63,411 nucleotides of DNA, filler included, from Sluysia triapertura (GCA_046118255.1; 5 parts of 5 records of this genome joined end to end with filler, not necessarily neighbours in it); one strand, 5' to 3'. Shown: positions 12,901 to 28,210, counted from the whole stretch's first letter. Numbers and translations are program-made. The notes: generated from the sequence alone by a model not told the origin.

Positions 12901-14230
12901 ATGTTTAATCAAGTCACATCACAGAACTTGTTTTCATGTCATAGTGATAACATTTTTCATCTCATCAACACAGGATATTTTAATTCCAATAGTGTGACTC
13001 ATTACGATCCGACTTTATCAAACTCGACAATAGACGTTATTTTAGTAGATGTTGCAAGAGGGCAAGTTATGTTACTTACACTTTCACTTATGTTAAATGA
13101 TGATTTTAGTTTTCGTATTAATTTCATACAAGAATCGACAACATTCCAGAGTGCTTTATTTCCTATAAGTACTACGTTACTAAATGCGAATTATTTTCAT
13201 TATAAAGCTATGTACTTCGGTCATCCGTATTTATTATTTACATTATGCAAATTGACTCGATGTCTCAATCTAGAAATCTATTATACATATGATAACCCTC
13301 TATCAAGTATCGTTATCCCAACAATTTCGGAATTTGAAAGTCAAACAACGAATAAATTGCATAAACAAACATCAATCGTCATGCGATGATACTGGTTTTC
13401 TACAATCTTCCGTTGACCATTATATGAATTTACTCTTAGAGAACATGTTAGGTTTAGGACCGATTTATATGTCACGATTTCAAGTCACATATTTAATCAA
13501 AGTTAAAAAGGATATTCTTCTCAAATGTCAATGTCATATCGATATGAGTAACGACGATTTATTCAAGACACAAAATATTCAATTTATAATTAGAAATTTA
13601 AAAGTTAATGGAGTTGGAAATAGAAATGTTGAACCAAAACGATGCCTTTCTTATAATATTAGTATTAAATCTGTATTGGAGAATAATGAATTATTCTATT
13701 CAAATGCTCCGAGCATGAATTTTACCAGAATCAAGTACTTGGGTTATATAATGATTATGTCACAAGATACTGGAATCAATACGAAATCAGACAATGTCTT
13801 CATTTTGGTAAATTTATATTGAGAATATTAATCAAGAATGAACAGACGAACAAAAGATTCCTAGTGTTAGCTAACAAAATCTCTTATAAGATCGAGTGTA
13901 CTAACGTAAGCTATAATTTCATGTATATGATAACTTTTGTTTTAGTTCATATGTTTCATTACCGGAACGGTGAATTCCAGCGGTGTTGCTCGTACAAAAG
14001 AAATAAAGGGAGAAGACAGCAATATGATTTTTTATATTTCAAAACTCGTAACGTTAAATATGTTATTAATAAATTTTAGTATTATTAATTCAAAAGTTTT
14101 TTTACTCTTCAAAAACGATGAATCAAAATTTTTAAGTGAACATAGATCTTTTGATAATTACGAACATCGATTTATATCAAAGATTGTAAGCTATGGAAAA
14201 TTCATAAAATTAACGAAATTCAGTTTTTAA
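12901..14230 (+). pseudogene. Chain of overlapping frameshifted ORFs, unknown protein (weak cadherin-like hints)
   Basis: Four consecutive overlapping plus-strand ORFs over 1.3 kb with coding-like composition; no confident domain. Confidence 0.4.
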
Positions 14231-15262
14231 AAAACAAAAGAGTAACATGCATAAGTTACAATGTAGTTTTAGATATGATTTTTTTTAATATAGTAATAGA
14301 ATGAGCTTTAGTACGTTAGACTTCTTCCACGAATTGTTGCAAAACGAAGATATATGTGCGTATATTATTTCATCTTACCGACAATATACTAAACCGTTAT
14401 CAATGTATAAAACTAAGATATCTATAAACGCCCTAAAAACCTTTACACTCAAACTCAACACTCCATAAAATGGTGTCCGGAGATAACCTCCATATTATGT
14501 ATATTTATAGGTCTTTTTTGTTGACCTTGAATATTTAAAACAATTCTTAGAATATTTGATGTTTTGAAAACTTTAATTTAAAATAGTATTTCAATTCAAT
14601 ATTTACAAAAATAATATTTTAAATTTAATTATTTCCAAATAAAAATTAATTACTTCTAAATAATCGCAACGAACTGAATAATCGGAATAAAACAGATTCA
14701 ATTAACAGATTCAATTCCAAATAAAACGAATAAAAATCAATAATCAAAAATATTAATATTATTAATCAGTATAGTCTTATTATTATATCAATGTGTATTA
14801 AAATTAATAAATAAGTGTTAATGACAATCAATCAATGTATGTCTACAAATGTGTGTTTGTTACCAATGTGTCTTTATTATTCTTACATTAATATAAATGT
14901 TACAGATATTTTTCAAAACATTTTAAAAAGAGTTTTAAAAAAATTTAACACTTCATTTTGTGCCATTATTTTTTCAGTAATTTTAATTTTTAAATTTTTC
15001 TTCCTTATAAAGGTAATTATGTATAAGTTTAAATAACTTTTATTATTTAAATTACGACTTGGTAAACCGAAACTTAACTTATTACGAAAATTTAATTTAA
15101 AACTTAATTTAAACTTTCATGTAATTGCTTTTATTATTTTTATTATTATTATTGTAAATAACATAATAACTTATTTATGTGAATGACATTTAATAATCTA
15201 TGTTATATTATTGTGAGTAAAGTAAAATAAAGTGTATAGAATAATATTAAATTAAAATTAAA

Positions 15263-15311
15263 GAGTTCACCAACGTACTGGACTTACCAGTTAGGGCCAG
15301 CCGTTGGATTT
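15263..15311 (+). repeat. Short hairpin repeat family, copy 2
   Basis: GAGTTCACCAACGTACTGGACTTAC...GGCCAGCCGTTGGATTT. Confidence 0.7.
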
Positions 15312-18300
15312 GTGAAGTAAAAGTATCAAAGTTTAACAGAAATTTTAGGAACCTTAATGTTTGGTTAGGAATGTACGCTAAATTACAAAATTTATCTAAT
15401 AATCAAAAATTTAAACGAGATTTTTCGAAGATCCTTTGAAATAGGATCGATAATAATCAATTTACGAAGTTAGACTTATAATCTAACAAAATCTCTTTAA
15501 GTAACAAATTTATAATTAAAACTATAAAATTTACTATAAGTAAAATCAAAGAAAAACGAATTTAGCTTGCAAGTTTATTATTTACAAAAATCAATTATTA
15601 AACAACAAATTATATAATAGTAAATATATAATTAATATATAATTAATATATAATTAATATAAATATATAATTAATATATAAATACTTGGAATTAATCAAT
15701 TCCCAATTTTGTATATGATTTTAAAAAATAATTTTACGAGAGATCTATTATAAGATCCTAAATAGTTATATAAAATGATTTTAAGTGAAGGTTACGAAAC
15801 GATACAATGAATCAAAAAATTATGGATTGGAATTGAGCTTCGTACAAATGGATTAAGCCTTGATGCCAATATTACGAGAAAAATTATTATAATTTTTATT
15901 CGTGTCGTGTCGTATGTCATTAAAATTGTGCTTGGTCAGACTAAAACAAAACAATAAATATTTTAATTTAAATTTACAAAAATTAATAAAATGCTTTTAA
16001 AGTTTAATCGATTTTAAAAATAATGTAATTTCTTACTTTTAATACTTCAAATTAGATGATTTTTATTAATTCCGTAATTTAAAATTAAAAATAATACATC
16101 ACAAAAATAAAATCAACATTTAAATTAAACTATAAATTATGAAACTATAAATACTCGCGTACAAATAATCAATAAATCACATAAATATATAAATTTGAAT
16201 CACACATAAAAATTTCAATGTACAATAAATAGTTCAATGTAGGTAAATAGTTACTCAATGTATGTAAATAGTTATTATAAACACACATCATTATAATACG
16301 TTGTTTTATAATAACATTTTTATAATAAAGTGACATTTTATTATTTCAAATTAATATTGTACATTTCATAGTTTTATAAATTAATTATATTTATGTTATT
16401 AATAATTATTTGGTTTTATAAATTAAATATTAAATTAATTAAGTTAATAATTATTTGTTTAAATAAATTTACGATAATTAAAAACATCTGGACCTTTTGA
16501 AACTATTCATTAATTTAAAATTATTTGAATTTCGAATTTTAACCATTTTAATTATCATTGAAAGACGTTTTTTTGATTATAAAAATCCTAAATATTTTCT
16601 CCTTTGAAATAAATTCATTAATTAAATTAAATAAGAAAGAGAATGGGTTTTAAAAAATCTTTTTACACGCGGTACAAAATAAATAATTTCATTTTATTTG
16701 TAATTATAATTTTATTAAGTTTTTTGTCATTTGAATAAAGGTTTTCTTTTATTTGAATTGATTATTCAAGATTGAGAAGTAAGATTTACAAATTGCACTT
16801 GCATCTTTAATAAGAGAGACAAGTATTAGCTCGACCGCCAGAATAAATTTATACTAAATCATTAAAAAGATATTAAAGGAAATGTTTAAATGATATAAAG
16901 AATTCATCAACAAACAAAAATAAAATGCATTAATAAACAAAATTAAAAATAAAAGTAACCATATATTATTGTTACAGTATTATTATTATTATTATTTTGA
17001 TTGTTGTAATAATAAATATTATTAGATTAATCTGTATATCAAAATTCACTAATTACAAAATGAACCCCATTTATTCAATTAACTAACAATTAGTATGTTA
17101 GATGATGCAAATAAACATATTTAGTAATTTGTTAAAAACGCTCATTTTTAATGTAATTTATTTCAAAAATACTTATTTTAAATTTTCTATTGTTCAATTG
17201 CAGTAAATTCAGAGTTTATTACATTTTGAAAACTAATTGAAGAATTTAACATAGCTGGACTGACAATAAATGCTGGAAGTGACTGTTAAATGCTTCTACT
17301 ACTTAAGGTTATAGAAAAATCTCTTGTTACAACTCTCATTGTAAGGAGAACGTTTATCAAAGATGTATAATAAAATCATCACTTATTAACTAATGCCATG
17401 CACATATAAGAATTAGAAATAAGATATTGGGTATTAAAGTTATCTGACCTAACTCACGCCTTTCAAGTTTAAAAATGTAAAAAGATAAAATTATTGTTTG
17501 AACATGTTAAACATTACTTTATCATCATTAGAGTTTTAAAAGTTTGATATTACAGTTATTTAAATATAAGATCTATAAATTAAATTAAAATATAAATTTA
17601 TAACTTTAATAATTAATATTATTATAATGGTAAAAATATTAAATAAAAATAAATCAATAATTGTATTAAATAATATTAATTTAATACTCAAAAGAAATTA
17701 GATAAACATTTTAAAACTAAATTGGATTTTCCTCAAAAATACAATATTTATAAAAACGTGTACTTATCGATGACTGTTGATTCGGTTAGTTTTGTGGTGT
17801 TCATTGCTTATGACAATTTTATTGTGACGAAAGTGATTTCATTTGGAAATGTAAAATTGCCTGTGATATTAATTAACTTTTTAACTACGGGTATATATTT
17901 AATAGGCAAGCCGTTCTCATACATAAAAAGCAAAAAATAAAAGTTTTCAATTATTATCTATTTTGTTTTAGAACAATATTTTAGCAAGTATAAAATTTAA
18001 AAACACACATTCTTTTTGTATTTAGAACGAAATACATTATTATCCTTTTGTAAGTTGATCTTCTTGCAATTTAAAGTTGTCTCTCTATGTCTATTGTTGG
18101 TGTAAAATGAAAATTTCGCTTACCAAATTTTGCGCACAATATCTTAGTGAGATATGTTTATTGAAAAACATGTAGGAACATACAATGTAAAGTTAATTTT
18201 TCAAATTAATCATTTTTAGATAATTGACAGTAGAGTTCTCAGATTTAATTTAAGTTGATTTGAGTAATGAGTGCCGATTTCATGCGAAAAAAGGATTTGA

Positions 18301-20923
18301 ATGTGTGTATATCGTGTGCTATTTATTAAAGGGATAAATGTGATTATAAATTTAATACATAAACGAGATAATTTCGCCTCTAATTTCACAACAAAATTAT
18401 TGGGATCATGAACAAAGAATTATATTACGTCTAACGTCATTGAGCGAAAATTCGTTGGTTTGATTGGAAAATAATGATTTGTTATTACTTCGTTTTACAG
18501 GAATTAGTTTAGTATAATTTTCCGTTAATATTTTTAATTATGTATTTTTTATTTATTTAATTAGTGCTATATAAAGTTTATTACTGATTTATGATTATTT
18601 GATTTGCTATTCGCCATTTCTTGGTTATAATATTTATTTGAGATATTTAACTGTTATTCGTGATACTTGATATTTATTTAGTTAAATATATTTAAACAAT
18701 AGTACCTCTTTTAATGTATGGAGTGAAATGAAGAAATTATTAGGATTAATAGAAATAAGACGATAATTACTAATATTAATAATATTAATGAAATCAGAAT
18801 GGCACTTAAGGCGTTTATAAAGTAAATATAACTTAAAATAATTATTAATATTCAGTTATAAGTCATTATGGATTAAAATAAAAACAATGTCAGATTTAGG
18901 ATCATTAAAAATTTTAAAAACAATGGTTCTTAGCCTGTAAATTTGGATACCCATATCAGAACGAAAATATGTAACGAAATATTAACAAAACAAATATGTG
19001 GAAGCCGGACCTTTACAGTAGAACTTGTCAATTATATAATTGCATCTCCTAAATTCACAACTTGATTATTTATTGCAGTATCATTAAAATCCTCAAGATC
19101 TACTAGAAAAAACGTTCTCTTAAATTTACAATGTTTTTATTTAATTCAGTATTATTAATACATTTAAAATCTGCTAATACACTTTTCTTTATAGTTGCAT
19201 CTCTTAAATAATAAATTTTATTTATTTGGTACAATATTATTATTATTTAGAAACTCTCTTATACAGTTACATCTCTTAAATTTAAATCATCTATATTTAA
19301 TATATATTTATTGTCATTTGTAGAAGAAGTACTATTACAATTAGAAGTGACACATACTATTTCGTTTCCATAACCGTTTACATTTACTTTCATTTGATTT
19401 GTTTACTGTCAAAGTATGTTTCAAGCTCTTTTTTAAATCTAATAATAAATAATAATATTTAATAGTATTTTTGATGATTATTTTGCTTTTAATTGCTTGT
19501 ATTTTTTGTATAATACATTACGACTCGGTATTAGAGTTGATAAACTCTAAACTTTAAATTAAAAACCAAAAACATTGTAATTAAAAGATATTTTCATAAC
19601 AAAAAATGATTAAAATAAAATTATCTTTAATGAATTTACAAAACATTGCAGACAATTTCGAAAAATAATTGATTTCGAATAAAACATATTTGCAAATATA
19701 ATTTGTTGTAATTTATCTAACTCAAATTACAAAATAAATTTTCAAATAAAAAGTTAAACAAGATTTTAAAATAGCATCTTTAGTATTTGACCATACATTA
19801 TTTTGCATTTATTTGCTTGTAAAAATAAATTTATTATAAAAATAAATTTAATAAAACGTAAATGAAAGTAAAAAAAAATTTCAAGTGAATTTTGTTAGAA
19901 TAAACAATTCTTGGTGTGTTTTTAAATTTTCTTTCTCATATATTATTTTTTATTATGCAAATTTATTAATATTTTCTAAAATAGCATTTATTGCATAATT
20001 TCTATTTTGATAATATTTTTACAAATTAATTTTTTGCAGTAATTTATTTGTGTTTGATTTTATAATTTTGACAGTTTTATTATTAAATTAAAATTGGATT
20101 AATATCATAATTAAAACTTTTTACTTAACATTGTTAATTTATTATTTTTATAGTAACATAATCGCTTAAGTCTAACTATGTTTGGTAAGTACATAATTAT
20201 GGATCATTTATATATTTATTAATTTTTGATACCACTTTATTCTTTTAATTTAAGTTAATTTTGACTGAGAATAATGTTGCTAATTTTTAATTACATGCTA
20301 GTTTTATTCAATCTCAGTTTAATATAATTTTAACTTACATATTAAAATAATTTTTTTTGGGTTTTATGTTCTTAAAGTTTGATTTTATATTGTCTTTATA
20401 GAATCTTAATTCAAAATGATAATTTCGATTTAAAACTGGTTATTATATTGTAATAAATAACTTTGCTGTAATGTAATAAAATTTTCTTATTCTTTACTAC
20501 TTTTTTACTTGATCACTTTACTCTTGACTTATTTTTCTTCTTAAGAATTTAGATCTATTTATCGATTACTAAAATATTCAAATATTATTGTATATTATCA
20601 CAATCCTTACTATAGGTTATCAATTTAAGTCTCTTTATAAAACTCGAAATTATTTGAAACTTTATTTAAATATTATCACTTTATATTAAACTTAATTGGA
20701 GTCGTGAATTACAATACTCGTCCTCAGTTGTTTAGGATGAAAGTGCTTAATAGTCAATGTTTGGTAACTTTATTTTCCTGTGTGATATCACTCTTACTTT
20801 AGTATTTTACTTTAAACAATGAACAATAAAACAAAATATTAAAATGTTAATTTATTATTATAAAAAAAATTTTAGATAAGATTTTACAAATCCCATAAAT
20901 AAAATATATCTATACTCACAATT

Positions 20924-21110
20924 ATGGATCAGGATACTAAATATAAATTGATAGTTACGTCCAAATAAAAATTAAAGTTAATGTCTTCAAAATATTACTA
21001 TCTTCAAAATTTATTGAATGGATCAGGATACTAATTATGTCCAAATAAAAGTCAAAGTTAATGTCTTCAAAATATTGCTATCTTCAAAATTCTCGAAAAA
21101 TTTATTGAAT
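20924..21110. repeat. Tandem duplication of ~90 nt
   Basis: ATGGATCAGGATACTAA...GTTAATGTCTTCAAAATATT.CTATCTTCAAAAT occurs twice. Confidence 0.85.
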
Positions 21111-21347
21111 GAGAATACTAAACACAAGCTGGTAGTTATTTCCAATTACTTTCTCTTTGTTGTGTGTGTTTTAATTTTTTCTTCTTCCTTTTATATTGTT
21201 CCAAAAATAAATTACAAAATAAATTTCTAGATTTAAATTTTTTACAGCATAAAATTATAATATACAAATGAATTCAAATAAATTCTATAATTAGATACAA
21301 ACGAATTTTTAAACTTGTATAATAATTTCTATAAATTCTATAATCAT

Positions 21348-21557
21348 AATAACATACAAATTTAAATTTCATCTCTATGTAAATTCATATTTCTATATAA
21401 TTTCCAATAACATACAAATTCAAATTTCTACATATTTCATTATGGGATTTAATAATAACATACAAATTTAAATTTCATCTCTATGTAAATTCATATTTCT
21501 ATATAATTTCCAATATCATACAAATTCAAATTTCTACATATTTCATTATGGGATTTA
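21348..21557. repeat. Tandem duplication of ~105 nt
   Basis: AATAACATACAAATTTAAATTTCATCTCTATG...CATTATGGGATTTA repeated head-to-tail. Confidence 0.9.
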
Positions 21558-21619
21558 CTTTGCAAAATTATTTTATAGTAGTCAATTTATTAATATTTTA
21601 CAACAAATTATGAATATTT

Positions 21620-21850
21620 TATTATTATTATTTAGTGAATATTAAATGAATATTATTATGAAGTGAATATTATTATTATTATTAAATGAATATTATTATG
21701 ATATTATTATTATTATTATTAAATGAATATTATTATGATATTATTATTATTATTAAATGAATTATTATTATGATATTATTATTATTATTAAATGAATTAT
21801 TATTAAATGAATATTATTATGATTATTATTAAATGAATATTATTATGACA
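21620..21850. repeat. AT-rich minisatellite (ATTATTATTAAATGAATATTATTATG units)
   Basis: Visible periodic repeat. Confidence 0.85.
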
Positions 21851-22491
21851 ATATATTACTAAGTTTTAAATTTATATCAATTCTATTAAATCTCATTTTA
21901 AATTAATATAAAAGCTTTTTAATCTTAATAATAATTATTTTAATTTTATTTTAAAATTTTAAAAATAATTTTGAAGAATAAATTTTAAATTAAATGGATT
22001 TTAGATTGAATTTAAAATTTGAAGAACAGATGAAAATTATGTTACATAATCAAGTAAATGTAAACAAAATTTTTTGTTTAATACAATTAAATATTAATGA
22101 TATTTTATATTTACTTTTATCTTTTATCATTTACTTCATTTCACAAATTTTCATAAAATTCATGCGTTACATTTAATTCAAAAATAATCCACTTGGCTAG
22201 CAACATCTCATACCTAACGTATACAACAAACAATTTATGTTCAATCTCACAAATCAAATATATTAGTACTTAGGTTGTGTGTTTTTTATATTTTTATTTT
22301 TGACTTACCAAATTAAAACCCAACAATTGAACAAATTTAGAATCTTGACATATTCTCTAATAAATCACAATTATAGAATGAAAACACTTTATAATAATAA
22401 CAATAATAATACAAATTATTTTACTTAATAACAAAACGTCTTTGGTTATAAACCTTTGATTATAAATCTTTTAATATTAATAAGTCACTAC

Positions 22492-22800
22492 CAGGGGTGA
22501 CACAACTTATCTGAAATAAATTTTGACGTCCGTATTAATCAAAATATAATAAGTATAAAACAGACCATGTTTCTGTATCTTTTATTTTTATAAATATTTA
22601 TTCTTGTCAGTTGCTAAAGAATAAGCCTTAATGCCACCATTGACCACAGATGAATTAAGGCAGCGTCCAGTGCTCTGACTCTGTTTCTTTTTTGTGTCTA
22701 ATTTTTGCAGTTTTATGATGATTTTGGAAATTGAACAAGTGGAAAATAAAGCTGTCTATTCTCTTTTGATAAACCGACCAATTTTACTGATTAAATTTCG
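22492..22800 (-). mobile_element. hAT transposon 3' remnant with TIR
   Basis: CAGGGGTG terminus at 22492; minus strand LVQFP...TQKRNRVRALDAAL resembles the hAT dimerisation domain. Confidence 0.35.
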
Positions 22801-25794
22801 ACAGAAATTTCCGTCTGTGTCCAATTTTATTATCTTTTTGTTTACCTAAAGATAATGAGATTTATGGTAAACAATCCCCTTATCTTTTCAATATCATTAA
22901 ATTAAAATTTAATATCATTACTCTATTGATAGTGTAATTTATTATCTTAATTTTAGGATAATATTAATAGAATAATAAATTTCTTTTTCTGTAGGAATTT
23001 TTTGTATAATATGTGAAATTATATATATACTTAAACATCGGAACATATTTAAATTTAATTTTAATTAAATAACTAATTAAAATAACTAATTTTTACATTA
23101 TCTACGTCAACATGCTTCGTAATACTTCATAATTAAAAATATTAATAAAACTTATAATTATAAACTAAATCTAATATCACTATATCATGAGCAAACATTT
23201 TTATTGACTTATCAAATTAAGCAAAATTTAATTAAGTTAATTAACATTTTTTATCAAATAAAACTTTATAAAGGATTAATTATTCGTATTTCTCATTCAA
23301 GTATTTTATTTGCTTATTATTACAATTCATCATAATACCTTATCTTAATTCTTCAATGATGTTTATTTTATTTTTTTTATCTTGAGTTATAACCCTTGTG
23401 TTTCATCTTGTCCTTAACTAATTCCAACACTTAGAATTTGGTAAATTCTTAACATTACAAAAATAATAAGGATACTTTAAATTATAATTCAAAATCATTT
23501 AAAATATTTGCGATTTTTCGCCTCCTTTTTAAAACGAGATTAAAATCATTAATAAAATTCATTATTAAAAAATTTCAAATTTTTAGTTTCAAAAATTTTA
23601 TTACCTTAGTGCAGAGATTAACCGTCATGAGTGTAATTGTTATGTAGACATATCAGTAAGGACTCTTAGTGACCTCCAAGTTATTTAAAAACGTTTACAT
23701 TATCTAGAAAAATTGTGATTAAGCCATTAAGTGTATAAGTCTTAGATCATCTTCGTTTAATAAACATTTTGTTAGTGGGTTTTCTTCCTCTAAAAGAAAT
23801 AAAATAAAAGGGATAACATTAAAATTTATTAATGTACATATAATAAACAATTTGTAACGATTTATAGTATGTTTTGTTTCACTGTAAAAACTAAAATTAA
23901 ATTAAAAACGTTAACATTGTAAATATTGTATTATGTTTAGATCTGTTTACCCACAGAACTTCGCTGATTACACAGTGTCTATTCAAAAAATGTTTTACAA
24001 TGAATTTTTTAAATGGGTTTCTTAAAAGTTATGAACATGTTCTATCTATTCTAATTATATTAAAAATTATAACACAGTAAAAAAATTAATTAAAATATAT
24101 CGAAATAATTAGTCTGATCTTATTACAAGACAAATAGGATAATATTAAATAATTTTTGAAATTTAATTTACTAAATTTAGAAATTTAATTTTTAAATAAG
24201 AATTAATATTCAAATAAATAACCTACTAAGATTGAACAAAAACGTTAAAATTTAGATATAAAACTTAATTATTGCATTTGTTAAGAAAATTAAAGATTGA
24301 TTCTCTTAGTCGTAATTAAATGACTCTGTTATAAGTCAGTTATATTTTTGTAAATTTATAATTTAACAGACAGAAAAAATTACAGCATTTTATACTAATT
24401 CTATAGATGTACATGTTTTATGCAATACAATTGATTAATTCACCAAATAATCAATAGTAAAAATAGAATATTGAATATTTATATCAAATGAAAGATTACA
24501 ATATAAAAGTAGAAATACAAAATTATGTACAATATGTACAATAGAAAAATGATAATTATCTTTGAAATATCGTTCTAATTTTAGTTAAATTATGAGTCTA
24601 CCCTAAACACTCAATATCATTAATAATAATATATTTTAATAATATTTTTGGATAATGTTTTTAGTAACTAAATATTATTTAAAAATGTATACTTAAAAAA
24701 TATAATAATTTTAATAACTTTCGTGACAGAATGACGCAACTAAAACCTATAATACATTTACAAGGTAAATGTAATAGAAATATGACGTAAAAAATTAAAT
24801 CAAATTCAAATTAATTTAAGATTATATCACTGAATTTCAAGATCACTCCAAAATTGTTCCAATAATATTAACAAATATTTTAACTGTTTGTATGAAAGTA
24901 ATGTTTAAGTGACATTTCCACTCCTTGAATTGAAAATTTTATTAAAATATCTCAATGTATAACCTGAATACATGTATCAAAGGCTTATTGGTTATTAGTT
25001 TTATTTAAGTCGACACGAACATCGAGTAAAAATCTTAGGTTTTATTCCCCATTCTTAGAGTTTTCCAAATAATGATAATGATGCGGTTCTATATGCAAAA
25101 CTTACGATCAAAATATATTTTAAATTTATATTAGTAAGCTCACCTGTGATCCAAGTCTTATACAATTAAAAAATCAACGAAAGAAGAATCAATGTATAAT
25201 CACACGTACCTAGCTTAATTATCTATGATAAATTTAACTGCTAAAGTAGGTTTATTAAATATATTCAGTAAATTGTTTGTGAGTTTATTAACTCATTGAG
25301 GATTAGGTTTGAATTAGTACAGAATTTTAAATAGGTCGTGAAAATAATAGTTTTCGGACGTAATTAAAATAAGTGAAGGATTTTCCAATAAATATTTTGC
25401 AAATTTAAATTTTTATAGAACTTTAAAAATTTACCAAAGTGTTTTTATGATGATTTTAAGTTGATGTTTAAAATGTAAATTAAAACAATTAGTAAAACGA
25501 TTTTATGTAAGGATTTTATAACCACAATAAACGAGGTGAACATGTAATATTAAATTAGCATTAATTCAAATTATATTTTTTTAATGCGTGAAGTCTCACT
25601 GTATAGTTCGATATCAGTAATACAATAGTTTGATTAAATCGATTCGATTTTAATAATTTGAATCATTGAAAACTTTATCAAACCGTTGTCTTCAAATATC
25701 GTATAGTAATTAATCGTTTTCAGGGCTAAAATAAATAATATGTATTGAAAATTAAATTAATGTGTGCTTTATCAATTTATCAAAGCCTTTAAAC

Positions 25795-25894
25795 NNNNNN
25801 NNNNNNNNNNNNNNNNNNNNNNNNNNNNNNNNNNNNNNTTAATTAATTAANNNNNNNNNNNNNNNNNNNNNNNNNNNNNNNNNNNNNNNNNNNN
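25795..25894. other. Artificial contig-joining spacer
   Basis: Same N44-TTAATTAATTAA-N44 structure. Confidence 0.97.
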
Positions 25895-26752
25895 ATATAT
25901 AAAGATTAATTAAATTCAAATATCTATTAATGGGACACTTATAAAAATTATGTACAATGTGATAGTTTTATCTATACAGAGTAACTTATAAATTATTCTG
26001 TATAACAATATACTAAACTCTTCCAAAGTATTGAAATAATATTCTACATGCATAAGCAATTCATTACTGTGTACGTAAAACACTGTTTCATTATAATATT
26101 TGAATTTTATTTCGTGTAATATTCTATATAAAAATTTTTATTTTTTTCTATTACAATAATTGATATATGCGTCATTTAGTTCAACTCTTTAATAACTTTA
26201 AATTCAAAATTCGGAAAATCAAAATAAAATTTAATCTCAGTGTATTGTTTATGTCACAATAAATACCAAGTATCGTGGCTTTTTGTTCAACGATGTTAGA
26301 TGAAATATAATTCTTGTTTCACAAATCTAATAATTCTTTAGAGTAGAAGCTAAATCAACTCGCTTATGTAGTAGATTTTTAATTACATTTATCCATGTAA
26401 TCTATAATTAACAATCTACACACTGAGTTTCTTTGTTATCATGAAATCGACATTCATTAGTCAAACAAGATCTATCAAGTCTTGAAAAGTTTCTAATCTT
26501 CTAAAGATTATATTATATTAAACCTTACATTATATGTTTCTTTATATTTTTAACAAACAATTTTAATAAAATTATGTTTTCTCATGTAACCACCAGCTTA
26601 ACTTTTCATATGATTTTTTCTAATTTTAACAACTTACGTATAATAAGTCAATGCTAAGATTCATATTATATATTCCATCTGATTATTCTATGACACGCAA
26701 TTTCTTCTTTATACTTTTAGTTTTAATTAATATTTTAATTTATGTGCGCTAA

Positions 26753-26811
26753 TCTACTATAAAATAAATACTCAAAAGCGTTTAATCCTGCGGAGAACGC
26801 GGCTAATTTAG
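26753..26811 (+). mobile_element. Possible mini-Helitron
   Basis: A|TCTACTATA start, GC hairpin CTGCG-GAGAA-CGCGG, then TTAG|T end (CTAG-like). Confidence 0.4.
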
Positions 26812-28134
26812 TAGATACAAACAAATTAAATACTCTTGTTTATATTTTACACTTTTACATTTAATTATCTTCTAAAGTTTATACATTGTAATAAAAATAA
26901 ACAAACTGTTATTGTACTATACCTATAGTTTTTTATTTTTAATTTTTATTGTATTTCAGTATATGTTTATGTAAGAATGTTATCAAACGATTGCGATGTT
27001 TTCTATATTTATAAAATTTTTATAACATTAAATCATAACGTGTGAATGTTAAATAATATAGTTACAGAATGATAAATTTTGATAAAGTCTGTGATGATTC
27101 CTATAAATTACAAAAAATCACAAAATTAATTAATTAATTAATACTATTACGTTACTAATTAAGTTAATTAAAATAAACAAAAATTTAAGAATAAATAAAG
27201 AACAATTAACAAATTATTAGATAAATAAAAACTTTAATTTCCGGAATCAAAACAGCAAACAAAACTGCATTAATTTTAATATCAGAAAAATAACGAACAA
27301 TTAGCAAAACAAATAAGAAAATAGTATATAAGAGATAGCAAAATCTACATAAATCACGCAAAAGACTCAGTTCAATACGATTTGACTAGTTATTAACGTG
27401 GTACTTAACGGAAGGAACTAAGCTATAAATTTCTTATAAGATATTGATCAGCGACATGAGATTTTTTGATGAAACATCATTCATCAAATTTCATTAATTC
27501 GAAGTTTTGTAAGGTTATTATTGTTAAGGCCATTCTACTTCATGGTAGAGTAAAAGTCAACACAAATTAGCAATATTTTAAAGATTAGTTTAAGCTGGTC
27601 GTAAACTCATTTCAAAATTATAATCACACAACAAAGTTAATATTTTATTGCTATATATATAAATTTTTAGAATTTCAACTATTATTATTAATTTTAGTTG
27701 CATAAAAAATAAGAGATTTAAAAAACGACTAATGTTAAGAAGTGACCTTCACTTAATTCGATTAGGTTTTTCTCTTTCTACACATTCACCTTCTAGCAGA
27801 TATAAAACGTATAGACAAAGCTGAAAAATAAACATTTTGCTTAAATAAATCTACAAAATGAGATACAAAATTGTATCAATCAGATATGCGCGACCTCCTA
27901 TTTAATATTTTCACTGAGACTTTCGCAGTGTTAAAATAAAAATCATTCGTTATAATATTTTTGAAGTAGAAAGAACTTGCATTTTTCTTAAATATTTCAT
28001 AATCTTAAAGTAACTTAACATTTTTTGGTTGATGTTATTTTATCAATTGCATCTGTTTGACTAATTGATGTCGCTTTCACGCCATCAATGGAATATATTG
28101 TCTTTTATTTATTATTAATTATAAATTAGTGATA

Positions 28135-28210
28135 CATGTGATTAAGATTCGAACCCGAGACCTCTAGCCTCACAGCTGTGTAGTTCGATGCTTCGACCGA
28201 CCGCCTAATG
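28135..28210 (-). repeat. tRNA-derived sequence (SINE head or tRNA pseudogene)
   Basis: Box A-like TAGGCGGTCGG and box B GGTTCGAATC at tRNA-like spacing; no closable acceptor stem. Confidence 0.55.

Noticed and set aside
17230-17340. hAT dimerisation-domain fragment (FNIAGLTINA)
   Set aside because: A single short motif, insufficient evidence
20924-21850. Repeat arrays as CRISPR
   Set aside because: Head-to-tail duplications and a minisatellite with no unique spacers; eukaryotic context and no cas genes
14815-22176. Short F/I/L/K/N-rich ORFs of 60-73 aa
   Set aside because: Composition expected by chance in AT-rich non-coding DNA
28135-28210. Functional tRNA gene
   Set aside because: A and B boxes are present but acceptor stem and anticodon arm cannot be formed convincingly
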